Shown here one piece after another: positions 1-10,300 of a stretch of 64,000 nt of DNA. Under the pieces are notes generated by a model. The model had not been told where the DNA came from and ran no database searches. It saw only the letters and a list, made by a program, of their open reading frames with translations. The translations under genes were made by a program, and so were the position numbers. The DNA comes from an uncultured Clostridium sp. (GTDB lineage Bacteria > Bacillota > Clostridia > TANB77 > CAG-508). Location: NCBI GenBank assembly GCA_948470875.1, contig CAOKQM010000002.1, positions 9,233-73,232 of the forward strand. The letters are read 5' to 3'. Within the stretch, counting starts at the first letter, position 1. Every line of letters begins with the position of its first letter.

Positions 1-1017
1 AATACTTCCACAACAACCCAATACAATGCTCAAAAAGTCAATTTTGAAGAAAATAATGCAAAACAAGAGGAAAAATCCCGCACAGAAAAGTCGAATGTCA
101 TAGAAAAATCGGTTAGTAGTATTGTAGGAATTTCGAAATTAAAACAAAGTGGAAGTTCAGTATTTGTCAATAGAGCAGAACAAAAATTGGGTTTGGGAAG
201 TGGTGTTATTATTACAGATAATGGCTATATTTTAACCAACCAACACGTAGCAGGAAATAAGTATAGCAGTTGTTATGTTACATTAGAAGAAGGAAAAGTG
301 CTAGAAGGAAATGTTGTTTGGGCAGATAACAATATTGATTTGGCAATTGTTAAAATTAATAAAGGAAATTTAGATTATTTAGAGTTGGGTGATTCAGACT
401 CAATTTATTTAGCAGATGAAGTATATGCAATTGGAAATCCACTTGGTTTAGATTTTCAAAAAACAGTTACAAAAGGAATTATAAGTAGTTTGAATCGTAC
501 AATAAAAATCGAAGATGAAGGCCAAAATGTGTATATGGAAGATTTAATTCAAACAGATGCTACCATTAATGAAGGAAATAGTGGTGGAGCTTTAATTAAT
601 CAAGCAGGAGAATTAATTGGAATTAATTCTGTAAAAATTAGCAATGCAGAAGGAATTGGATTTGCTGTGCCAGTTAATATTGTAAAACCAATTATCAATC
701 GATTAATAACGGATGGAAAATTTGAAGAAGCATGGCTTGGAATTTATGGTTATGACAAAGAAGCAATTCCATATTTGGATGCCAATATACAAATAGAAAG
801 TGGGATTTATGTTGCTCAAGTGGCATTGGATGGTCCATTAGCCAATCAAGATATAAAAGAAGGAGACATTATTACTAAAATTGATCATACTGTAATTAGC
901 AAAATGAATGATTTAAAAAAATATGTTTATAACAAATCACCAGGCGATACAGTTACATTGCATATGAAAAGGGCAGGACAAAGTTTTACAAAACAAATTA
1001 CATTGGCAAATAAATAA
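1..1017 (+). CDS. htrA: HtrA/DegP-family serine protease with PDZ domain; 5' end lies outside the window
   Basis: Frame 1 is open from base 1. Catalytic contexts TNQHV (His), DLAIVKI (Asp), GNSGGALIN (Ser). PDZ-like tail GIYVAQV..GDIITKID. Confidence 0.9.
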   Translation, partial: NTSTTTQYNAQKVNFEENNAKQEEKSRTEKSNVIEKSVSSIVGISKLKQSGSSVFVNRAEQKLGLGSGVIITDNGYILTNQHVAGNKYSSCYVTLEEGKVLEGNVVWADNNIDLAIVKINKGNLDYLELGDSDSIYLADEVYAIGNPLGLDFQKTVTKGIISSLNRTIKIEDEGQNVYMEDLIQTDATINEGNSGGALINQAGELIGINSVKISNAEGIGFAVPVNIVKPIINRLITDGKFEEAWLGIYGYDKEAIPYLDANIQIESGIYVAQVALDGPLANQDIKEGDIITKIDHTVISKMNDLKKYVYNKSPGDTVTLHMKRAGQSFTKQITLANK

Positions 1018-1028
1018 TGAAAAAAGTT

Positions 1029-1123
1029 AAAGCTGCGAAAAAATTTAAGTATATTGCGTGAGAAATTTTGGGAGATGCCCCCAATTTCGCTCGCTTTTTT
1101 TATAGATATCGTTTTTTTACAAC
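1029..1123. repeat. Palindromic intergenic element, copy 1 (terminator-like)
   Basis: Core hairpin GCGTGAGAAATTTTGGG / CCCAATTTCGCTCGC plus T-run, directly after the htrA stop. By eye about 80 percent identical to 58161-58258; a shorter relative lies at 6544-6613. Confidence 0.7.
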
Positions 1124-1348
1124 CTAATTTTTCTTTTTTTCGAAATAAATAGAATAAAAATGACAATATTTTTTGTCATTTTTACAATTAATACTTGTGT
1201 TTTTGGGATAAATGTAATAAAATAGATAAAAATTATCACAAATTGTAAAAGACTTTTCAAATATTAAAAGATAAAACGACAAAAAAATTATCTTTTTCAT
1301 GATTTAATAAATAAGAAGAATATTTGGAAAGGCAGAAGGTGGTTAAGG

Positions 1349-3739
1349 ATGTTTCAAAATATAACAGAAAATGTGCAAGAACAAGAAAACGCAAACACAA
1401 GTAAAGTAAAATTAATTTTAAAAGAATTGTTAAAAACGCAAAATATTGTAATTTGTATTTTAACATTATTGATGTCAATGTTATCCATTGAAGAAGAAAT
1501 CGCACCATTTGGACTAGCTATGGTTGCAGCAACTTTAAGCTCTGGCGTGCCTGTATTTGGTGTAGTCATTACAGCAGCAATTGGTACATTAATTGGAAAT
1601 GGAATCAGTGCATTTTTAAATTTCGTATTAAGTTCGATTATCTATTTTGCGTTGGTACTTATTTTTAAGCCAAAAGTAGCAATAGAAGAAAGAAATGAAT
1701 GGTTAAAAACTGGAAAAAGATTATTTTTTGCCTGTTTTGTTGTATCGTTTTTTCAAAATGTAAAAGGCATTGTTCTTACGTATGATTTATTTATGGCATT
1801 TGTTGTTGCTGCTTTAACGTATGTGTTTTATAAAATTTTTGTAAATGGACTGGCTGTTATAAAAAATTGGAAGCTAAAAAAAGCTTTTACATTAGAAGAA
1901 TTAATCGGTGGAGCAATTATGATTGCTATTGCTAGCATGATTTTAAATTCTATCACGATATTCAACATCCATTTAAGCAATATTGTTATTATATTTTTAG
2001 TGATGTTATTTGGTTGGAAAAGTGGAATGCTTGTTGGGTGCACAGCGGGTTTGAGCATTGGGCTAATTATTTCAATGATAGAATTGCAAAATGGTTTGCA
2101 AATAGCGGTATTTGCTGTAGCTGGAATTTTAGCAGGATTATTTAACAAATTTGGAAAAATTGGTGTTATTGTTGGTTTCATTTTAGGAAACAGTTTATTA
2201 ATTTATTTAAGCAATGGAGATACCATTAAAATTGTTTATTTTAGAGAAATTTTTGTAGCTTCCATTGGTCTACTTTTGGTGCCAAGTAGTGCGAAAATAG
2301 AAATCGAAGATTTAATCGGCAAAAACAAACTACTTAGTAATTTGGGCGAAAATCGATTAACCCAAAACGAAGCAATGGTCAGTCAATTAAATAAAATTTC
2401 AGAAACCATCTCAGAAATGGTGCCAAATAAACAAGAGCAAATGGAAGATATTTTAGAAGATTTTAAAGATATTTTATTTGCAAATTTAGAAGAATTAACA
2501 GACAATATGTTTTGTGAGGATATTTTAGACGAAAACATGCATATGGCAGAAGATATTTATGTTGCTTTGCAAGAAAAGGATATCTTACTTGAAAAAGATT
2601 TAATTGAAATTTTTAAAAACAATAATAATTATATCATTATGCAAGATTCTACGATTAAAAATGATTTGCAAGAAGTTTTAAAAATCATCAATCGTTCTTA
2701 TAAAATGTTGCAAATTGAAATCGTTAAAATACAAGAAAAAAATAAAACATTAAAAAATGTAAAAAAAGGACTAGAAGACGTTTCAGAGGCGATTTACAAA
2801 GTTGTCAAAATAAATGAAAATAGTACTGAAAATGAATTTTTTGCCAAGGAAAAAGAGTTAACTGTTTTACTAAAAAACAAATATCCAAACACAAAAATGG
2901 TACAAATTAAACAAGCCCAAAATGGGAAATATAACATCAGAATTACTTTCACAAATGATAAAGTAAAAGATAGACAATATATCATAAATATTGCTAATAT
3001 TTTAACAAAAAATATGGGATGTAAAATGGCTTTTTTCGAAGACAAAATGCAAAAAAATTATACACAAATTTATATGAGTGAAGATAAATATGTTTTGCAA
3101 ATTGGAAGTAGCAAAGTGACAAGAGAAGGAAGCAGCGTTTCAGGTGATTGCAATTTGCAAATGAAATTGAAAGATGGGAAATATTTATTAGCCATTAGTG
3201 ATGGAATGGGCAGTGGAAAAAAAGCAAGACAAGGAAGCAAATTAACGATTAAAATGTTAGAAGACATGCTAACAAATGGATTTGAAGATGACGAATTAAT
3301 CAATTTCATCAATGACTCTTTAAATTTCAATACAGACCCTGAAATGTACACAACATTGGATTTTGCTATTTTAGATTTGTATGATGGAACCGCAAAATTT
3401 GCCAAAAGTGGAGCTTGTAACACATATGTGAAAAACAAAAAAAGTGTCAAAGTGATCAAATCCCAAACAATGCCAGTTGGCATGCTTGACAAAGTTGAAT
3501 TAGAAGTCCAAACAAGAAAAGTTTCAGATGGTGACATAATTGTAATGTGTAGTGATGGTTTATTAGAATCGAAAAATAATTTAAAAGAAGATTGGATTCA
3601 AGAATATTTGGAAAATATGAATACAACTAATGTCCAAAGAGTTGCTGATTTAATTGTAGCAGAAGCAATTGATAACAGTTTTGGAATCGCAAGAGACGAT
3701 ATAACAGTCATTATTGCAAAAATTATAAAAAAGAAATAA
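1349..3739 (+). CDS. spoIIE: Stage II sporulation protein E (PP2C phosphatase with polytopic N-terminal membrane domain)
   Basis: Many N-terminal hydrophobic segments. C-terminal PP2C motifs LAISDGMGSGKKA, VMCSDGL, RDDITVI. RBS AAGGTGG upstream of the ATG. Confidence 0.9.
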   Translation: MFQNITENVQEQENANTSKVKLILKELLKTQNIVICILTLLMSMLSIEEEIAPFGLAMVAATLSSGVPVFGVVITAAIGTLIGNGISAFLNFVLSSIIYFALVLIFKPKVAIEERNEWLKTGKRLFFACFVVSFFQNVKGIVLTYDLFMAFVVAALTYVFYKIFVNGLAVIKNWKLKKAFTLEELIGGAIMIAIASMILNSITIFNIHLSNIVIIFLVMLFGWKSGMLVGCTAGLSIGLIISMIELQNGLQIAVFAVAGILAGLFNKFGKIGVIVGFILGNSLLIYLSNGDTIKIVYFREIFVASIGLLLVPSSAKIEIEDLIGKNKLLSNLGENRLTQNEAMVSQLNKISETISEMVPNKQEQMEDILEDFKDILFANLEELTDNMFCEDILDENMHMAEDIYVALQEKDILLEKDLIEIFKNNNNYIIMQDSTIKNDLQEVLKIINRSYKMLQIEIVKIQEKNKTLKNVKKGLEDVSEAIYKVVKINENSTENEFFAKEKELTVLLKNKYPNTKMVQIKQAQNGKYNIRITFTNDKVKDRQYIINIANILTKNMGCKMAFFEDKMQKNYTQIYMSEDKYVLQIGSSKVTREGSSVSGDCNLQMKLKDGKYLLAISDGMGSGKKARQGSKLTIKMLEDMLTNGFEDDELINFINDSLNFNTDPEMYTTLDFAILDLYDGTAKFAKSGACNTYVKNKKSVKVIKSQTMPVGMLDKVELEVQTRKVSDGDIIVMCSDGLLESKNNLKEDWIQEYLENMNTTNVQRVADLIVAEAIDNSFGIARDDITVIIAKIIKKK

Positions 3740-3753
3740 AAATGGAGGTTCAA

Positions 3754-5272
3754 ATGAGTCGAGGAAGAAGATATGATGATGCACGTAAGCTAAATATAAA
3801 AAAAGTTATTGCTACTATTATTGCAATTATTGTATTAATTATGTTTATAATATCCATAAAAAAATTATTAACATCTAAACCAAAAACAAAAAATGCAGCA
3901 ACTATGGAAACATATTTTCCAGTTTACACAAATGGAAAATGGGGCGTTATAAATAACAAGGGAAATACAATTCTAGATATTGACCAAGATGAAATGGTGA
4001 TTATTCCAGATAAAAACAAAGATTTATTTATTTGTACGTATGATGTTAACTATGAAAATGAAACTTTCCAAACCAAAGTATTTGACAAAAATAAAAAAGA
4101 AATTTTAACCAATTATAAAAATGTGCGGAGCAATTGAAAATTCAAATGGTTCTGAAATTTGGTATGAAAATGATGTTTTAAAATTTGAAAAAGACGGAAA
4201 ATACGGTTTAATTAACTTTAATGGAAAAGTAATTTTAAATCCAGAATATGATAAAATTTACGCTTTAGAAGGCGTACCAAAAAATATTTTGATTGAAAAA
4301 GATGGGAAAAAAGGTCTTGTTAATACAAGCATGGGCGAAATCATTATTAAACCAGAATATGTAGAAATTTCTACTTTAACGCAATCTTACGAAAATGGAT
4401 ATATTGTCAAAAGAGAAGACGGAAAATGCGGCATTATAAATGCAGACAGCAAGATTATTTTTGAGCCAGCTTATGAAGCAATCAAAAATGTAACAGCAGA
4501 TGGTTATTATGCAATTGTACAAGATGGCAAAGTAAAATTAATTCGAAATAATGGAGAAGTAAAACTAGAAACTGGTTTTGACAACATTGAAGAAATTCAT
4601 GGTGAAAATATAACCATTACAGTAGGCGGAAAATATGGAATTCTAAAGTTGGATGGAACTCCAGTTGTTAATTGTGAATATGAAGATTTACAATACATTT
4701 ATGGAAATTATTATATTGCTAAGAAAAATGGAATGTATGGAATCATCTCCACAAGCAATGAAGTTATGATAGATTTTACTTATACTTCTATGAAATACAT
4801 AAAAACAGCAGATTTTATCCAAGCAGAAAATCAAAATTACAAAACAGATTTATTAGATAGACAATTGAATAAAGTTTTAACAGATATCATTATTTCAGAA
4901 TTGAATCTAGAAGAGGGCTATATTCGTGTAAGGCAAGGCGAAGACTATCATTATTATAATTTTAAATTTGAACCCAAAACCAATAAAGAAGTTTTAGCAA
5001 GTAATACGTTATTTTTGGTAAAGGAAAATGGCAAATATGGTTATGAAAATAAAAATGGTGAAAGAATTGTAGACGCAATTTATGATGACGCAAAAGAACA
5101 AAACAAGTTTGGCTATTGTGCTGTCAAAAAAGAGGGCGTTTGGGGAGCCTTAAAAGCAGATGGAACCGTTGTTGTTACACCAAGCGTCCAGTTAGATGAT
5201 TATTTATATGTTGATTTTATTGACACTTGGTATTTAAGCAAAGACCTAAATTTAAATATTTATACCAAATAA
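3754..5272 (+). CDS. Membrane-anchored WG/KWG-repeat protein; frame break at in-frame CGG 4126-4128
   Basis: N-terminal anchor, then repeats GKWGVIN, GKYGLIN, GKCGIIN, GKYGIL, GMYGII, GKYGYEN, GVWGAL. ORFs 3742-4137 (frame 1) and 4121-5272 (frame 2) join if C4126 is skipped (..NYKNV-G-AIENSNG..). The ATG at 3754 follows the RBS GGAGG. Confidence 0.75.
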
Positions 5273-5277
5273 TTTAT

Positions 5278-5304
5278 GGGCACGGGGCATTGCGTGCCCT
5301 TTTA
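5278..5304 (+). terminator. Rho-independent terminator after the WG-repeat gene
   Basis: GGGCACG / CGTGCCC stem followed by TTTT. Confidence 0.7.
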
Positions 5305-5325
5305 TGCCCCAAATAGGAGAAAAGC

Positions 5326-5694
5326 ATGGAAATTAAATGTGGAACAGATATTATAGAAATTGAAAGAATCCAAAAAGCAATACAAAGAACAGGAGAAAAA
5401 TTTGTAAAAACGATTTTCACAGAAAATGAGATTGCGTATTGTGAATCAAGAAAAATACAGAAATATCAACATTATGCAGCCAGATTTGCAGCCAAAGAAG
5501 CAACTTTCAAAGCATTAGGAAACAGTTTAATTCAGCCATTTGATTGGAAACGTTTTGAAGTCGCAAAAATGGAAACTGGGAAACCAACCTTAAAAATTCA
5601 CTATGAAATACCAAATTTACAAGCAATTGAAATCAGTATTTCGCATTGTAAGTTGTATGCTGTGGCGACTGTCATAGCTCAGTTTGACAATTAA
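5326..5694 (+). CDS. acpS: Holo-[acyl-carrier-protein] synthase
   Basis: GTDIIEIERI, ARFAAKEATFKALG and ISISH motifs; about 120 aa. Confidence 0.9.
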   Translation: MEIKCGTDIIEIERIQKAIQRTGEKFVKTIFTENEIAYCESRKIQKYQHYAARFAAKEATFKALGNSLIQPFDWKRFEVAKMETGKPTLKIHYEIPNLQAIEISISHCKLYAVATVIAQFDN

Positions 5695-5769
5695 ACTCTG
5701 CATTTTATGTTATTGAATCGTATAAAATGCTGTTAAAGCTAATTTTAAATTGTTTATTTGAAAGGGGAA

Positions 5770-6549
5770 ATGATGGAATTTTTTGATTCACATGCGCATT
5801 ATAATGATGAAAAATTTGAAGAGGATGGAAATCAAATTTTAGAAGAAGTTTATCAAGAGGGAATCACGCAAATAACCTGCGCTGGTTATGATATAAAATC
5901 AAGTGAAATGGCAGTAAAATTAAGTCAAGAATATGAATTCATGTTTGCAACAGTTGGCATTTCTCCGAATGATGTTGATTCGGCTCAGATTAGTCAACTA
6001 GAAAAAATATGTCAAATGGCTAAAAATGATAAAGTGGTTGCTATTGGCGAAATTGGGCTAGATTATTATTGGAATAAAGAAAATAAGAAACGCCAGCAGG
6101 AGTTTTTTATCGAGCAAATAAAACTTGCTGATAAACTAGATTTACCAATTGTAATTCATTGTAGAGATGCCATTATGGATACATTAGACATCTTGAAAAA
6201 CATGATAAATCCTAAAAAAGGAGGAATTTTTCATTGTTGCATGTTAAATAAAGAACTCATTAAAGAAGCTGTAAAATTAGGATTTTATATATCCTTTTCT
6301 GGAAATATCACTTTTAAAAATGCCAAAGCAGAAGCATGCATTAGTCAAGTGCCACAAGATAAAATTTTGATTGAAACAGATAGCCCATATTTAACGCCAG
6401 AACCTTTCAGAGGAAAAAGAAATGATTCACGAAACGTAAAATTAGTAGCTCAAAGAATTGCGCAAATAAAAAATGTTAGTCTAGAACAAATTGCTCAAAT
6501 CACTTACCAAAATGCTCAAAAAATATATCAAATTAAAAGGGAACTGTAA
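5770..6549 (+). CDS. tatD: TatD-family metal-dependent hydrolase
   Basis: FDSHAH, GEIGLDYYW, HCRDA, ETDSPYL motifs. Start placed at the ATG after AAAGGGGA. Confidence 0.88.
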   Translation: MMEFFDSHAHYNDEKFEEDGNQILEEVYQEGITQITCAGYDIKSSEMAVKLSQEYEFMFATVGISPNDVDSAQISQLEKICQMAKNDKVVAIGEIGLDYYWNKENKKRQQEFFIEQIKLADKLDLPIVIHCRDAIMDTLDILKNMINPKKGGIFHCCMLNKELIKEAVKLGFYISFSGNITFKNAKAEACISQVPQDKILIETDSPYLTPEPFRGKRNDSRNVKLVAQRIAQIKNVSLEQIAQITYQNAQKIYQIKREL

Positions 6550-6613
6550 AAAACTTAAATAAATTGCGCCAAAAATTTGGGTGTCTTCCCTAATTTTACT
6601 TGCTTTTTTACAG
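6544..6613. repeat. Palindromic intergenic element, copy 2 (short variant, terminator-like)
   Basis: CTGTAAAAAA ... TTGCGCCAAAAATTTGGG ... CCCTAATTTTACTTGC TTTTTTACAG, directly after the tatD stop. Shares its outer and inner inverted repeats with copies 1 and 3. Confidence 0.6.
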
Positions 6614-6627
6614 ACTCCCTAAGTTAT

Positions 6628-6873
6628 TTATGCATTTGCGTATTTAGTTTTTGCTGCATCAATTTTGGTTTGTTCAGCAACATCTGTTTTATACCAGCCT
6701 TTTTCAGCCATTAAGTTATAAATTTTATTTTGAATATCTAAAGAAATATTTAATGCTTCTTTAAATGCTTGATGAACCTCAGCAGTTGTGCTCTCAAGTG
6801 TTCCATGAAGATATAAGTCACAAACACCTTTGATAACCAACAATTCATTTTCCATTAAATCTCTATCTTCCAT
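6628..6873 (-). CDS. Coat-F-like small spore coat protein
   Basis: 81-aa helical protein resembling the Coat_F family. GGAGGA RBS 6 nt upstream. Forms a tandem pair with a second small Coat-F-like gene. Confidence 0.6.
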   Translation of the reverse strand: MEDRDLMENELLVIKGVCDLYLHGTLESTTAEVHQAFKEALNISLDIQNKIYNLMAEKGWYKTDVAEQTKIDAAKTKYANA

Positions 6874-6883
6874 GATTTCCTCC

Positions 6884-7058
6884 TTACAATAAATTTTTAA
6901 ATTTGTTTAGCAAATCCGTATGCGTTTTTTGAAGTTCTGCTACATAAGCAGAAAGCGCAGGATCTGTTAATTTTGAAGATGTTTTTCCGAGCGCAACATT
7001 TCATGAATTTCTCATGACCTAACGCATCTTCTACATATAAAAGTTCTTTGCTTGTCAT
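6884..7058 (-). CDS. Small Coat-F-like protein; frame break at in-frame CGG (minus strand, 6989-6987)
   Basis: Starts MTSKELLYVEDALGHEKFMKCCA, then CGG. The +1 frame continues GKTSSKLTDPALSAYVAELQKTHTDLLNKFKNLL* and stops 10 nt before the next gene's ATG, its last codons overlapping that gene's RBS. The 0 frame gives an unrelated Cys-rich tail. Confidence 0.5.
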
Positions 7059-7238
7059 AATTATCACCATTCCTTTCTTGTATTAAAAATAGTATTTCCC
7101 AAAATAAAAAGTGTATACCAAAAAGGAATTTTAATGTTCATTTTCGTTAATCAAAAAATCTATGTTATATCTCATTTTTTACACTTAAAAATAGGACAAG
7201 TAAGTTAAAAAAATATATACTATAATCGTTGGAAAGTA

Positions 7239-7268
7239 TTGACATGTCAGAAAAAAGTATGATATAAT
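7239..7268 (+). promoter_or_regulatory. Sigma-A-type promoter for the large surface-protein operon
   Basis: TTGACA, 18 nt spacer, TGATATAAT (extended -10). Confidence 0.6.
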
Positions 7269-7343
7269 TATGTTATCTGTGAAATTTAGTTAACTACTAG
7301 ATATTCTAAGATAAAAATACAAATAAAGAAGGGGAATTGAATT

Positions 7344-10300
7344 ATGAAGTTAAAAAAATTACTTATTATTTTTTTACTCGTCACACTTTTTGTAGCTCAA
7401 ATCAGTTGGCTTACATTAAGTGATTTTGTTTATGCGGCAGAAAGTCAAGAAACTGGTAAATTTCATTATGACCAACTTGAGCCAGAAGCCCAAATAATAT
7501 ACAATGCATTATTACATATGTATGATAATGGTATATTAAAAACAGGAAACCAAAGTTATGACCTTGTTCAAAATGGTCATTTTACAGAGGAACAAGTTAA
7601 AGAATATGAAAAAGGAAGTTCTAATTTAAGTTCAGCAATGGAAGCTGCAAGATATGCTTTTTATGCAGATTACCCAGAAGTTTTTTATGTGAATTTCCAA
7701 AAATTATCAATCCGAATAACCAAAGATGCACAAAATAAATATCATGCAAATTTAGGTTCAGGAAGATTTGCTAATTATTACACAGATGGCTTTACAAGTC
7801 AAGAGCAAGTAGAACAAGCCATTTCAGAGTTTAACGATTGTGTTAATGAGATTGTTCAAAAAGTAAATGATATCGAAGTAGAAGCAAATAAAAATAAAAT
7901 CGTACAACAAATTAAATTAGTACATAATGAAATTATCTATAATACAGGTTATAGACTAGAAAGTGATTGTGAAGAAGGAAACGAAGGTTTTTTGGGAACA
8001 CCATATGGTGCTCTTGTAAAAAAACAAGCAGTATGTGAAGGATATGCAAGAGCTTTCAAAACGATTTTGGATAAAGTAGGAATCAACAACATCCTTGTAC
8101 AAGGAACACATCAATCAGATGGTGCGGCAGCTGTTCCTCATATGTGGAATTATGTTCAAATTGAAAAAGAAACACTTGCTAGAAGTAGTGAAAAAGTTTG
8201 GTATGCAGTAGATGCTACATTAGATGATCCGTTTTTACGTGATACAACGATGGATCCTACACATCCAGATTTTATACCAGGAAGTGATATACAAGAAGGA
8301 TTTGAAAATACAAGATATTGCTTAGTTGGAACAGAAACGATGAATAAAGAACACGTTGCTTTAGAAACAGTTGAAGCTGCAGGAAATTATACTTTTAGAT
8401 ATCCAGAATTAAATATAGAAGATTATGGTCTTGATAATGTAACAAATGTTAATGGATTATTAGTAAAATTCAAACAAGAAGGAACAGAAACAGAAGAATA
8501 CAAAGCAGGAGATTTCTATATTAGTTATAACAATAAAGGTTATACAGAAGCTGCTAAAGAAGGAAAATATATTTTAATGAAATATCATGAATATAGACCA
8601 GGAGATGATAAGTGGATTGAAGGAAAATGGGGATATTTTTTACCAGATGTATATGCAGGTGGATTTGTTGATTATGTTGATCATGTTTATGTAACAGTTC
8701 CAAATTCAGAATATGTTGAATTTGCAGTAACAACTTTAGCTCCAGGAGATTATAAAAATAATCCTTTATATTTATCATATCAAGGTGATGAATCTGATTT
8801 TGTAGCGCAATCAGGAAAATTATATAATCCAAATGGAACATATAAATCTGCTCCATATATTAAATATCAAACACCAGCAGCAACAGCATCACTTACAGTA
8901 GGACCTACTTACCATGTTGATGTTACTTATACTGATGATTTAGTATTAGCTGACGGAGCAACAGAAGCTGGTTATAGAATGGAATCAACAGGAGCAACAG
9001 GTGTTGCTGAATCAAAAATAGAAAACTTTACTTTTGATGGAAAAAATAGAATAACATTTGATTTAACATTTAGTAAAATGTTTGCAGATGACGATGCTAT
9101 GTATAGAATTTATATAACAGGTTTAGTAGGAAAAAATAGTTATAAAGAACCAAACTACATCTCTTATGGAGCCTCTAATTTAATAGCATGTTCTTTCAGT
9201 ATGAATGCAGCAAAAAGTTGGGATGTATTTGCTAGACCAACACTTCTTGAAAATTCTGACTTATCAATGAATGGTTGGCAAACAAGTGATGGAGAATTAG
9301 TATCAGAAAAACTAAAAAGCAGAATAGCATTAGTAACAACAAGAACTACTCAAACAGAAAAAGATGCAATGAATGATTTAATGGAAGAACAATTAGGAGA
9401 ACAAGAATTAATTACAAGTGAAACATATAATATTTCATTAAATGTATGTAAAAAATATGTTGTAAAAACAGGACATAGACTAAGATTATCTTTAGGATTC
9501 CCAGCGGGATATGGACCAGATGATGCGGGAGTTACCTTTAAAGCATATCACTTTAAAAGAGATGCAGAAGGTAATGTAACAGGAGTTGAAGAAATTCCAT
9601 GTGTAGTAACACAATATGGATTAATTGTTACATGTGACTCATTTAGTCCATTTGCAATAGCTGTAACAGAAAATGATGGAACTGTAGCGCAAGAAAAAGC
9701 AGTAATTGTATCTAGCACAGAAGGTGGTATCATAGAAGGTGCAAATCGTGAAGAAGGAAATATTGTTACTTTAGCAGAAAATGAATCAGCAAATCTTAAA
9801 GTTGTTCCAGAGGAAGGATATGAAATTGAATCAGTAACCGTTTGTGGAAATACAACTGAAATAACAAATAAAGATGCAATGGATGTAACAGTAAATTATA
9901 GTGATGTAAAAGATGGAAATTGTATTGTTGAAGCAAAATTTGTTGCTAAAGCAGTTACTACAGCTGAAGAAGAAAGAGGAGAAACAGTTGTTGTTCCAAA
10001 AGCTGTTCCAGCAGAAATTACAATGCCTCAAACAAAAATGGGAGTTGTAAATGGAACTTTAAAAATAGAGCCAACTGTTACACAAACACCAGGAATTCAG
10101 ACTTATCAATGGTATAAAGATGGAACAAAATTAGAGGGAAAAACAAATAAAATATTAGAAATTGCTAATGCTACAAGCGAAGCAGCAGGAAATTATGTTT
10201 TAAAAGTTACAACAACAGCAGAAACTTCAAGTGAAGAAGTAGAAAGTTCTGTTTGTGCAGTTACTATGGTTACATCAGGTTTTTCAACCTCAATTGAAAA

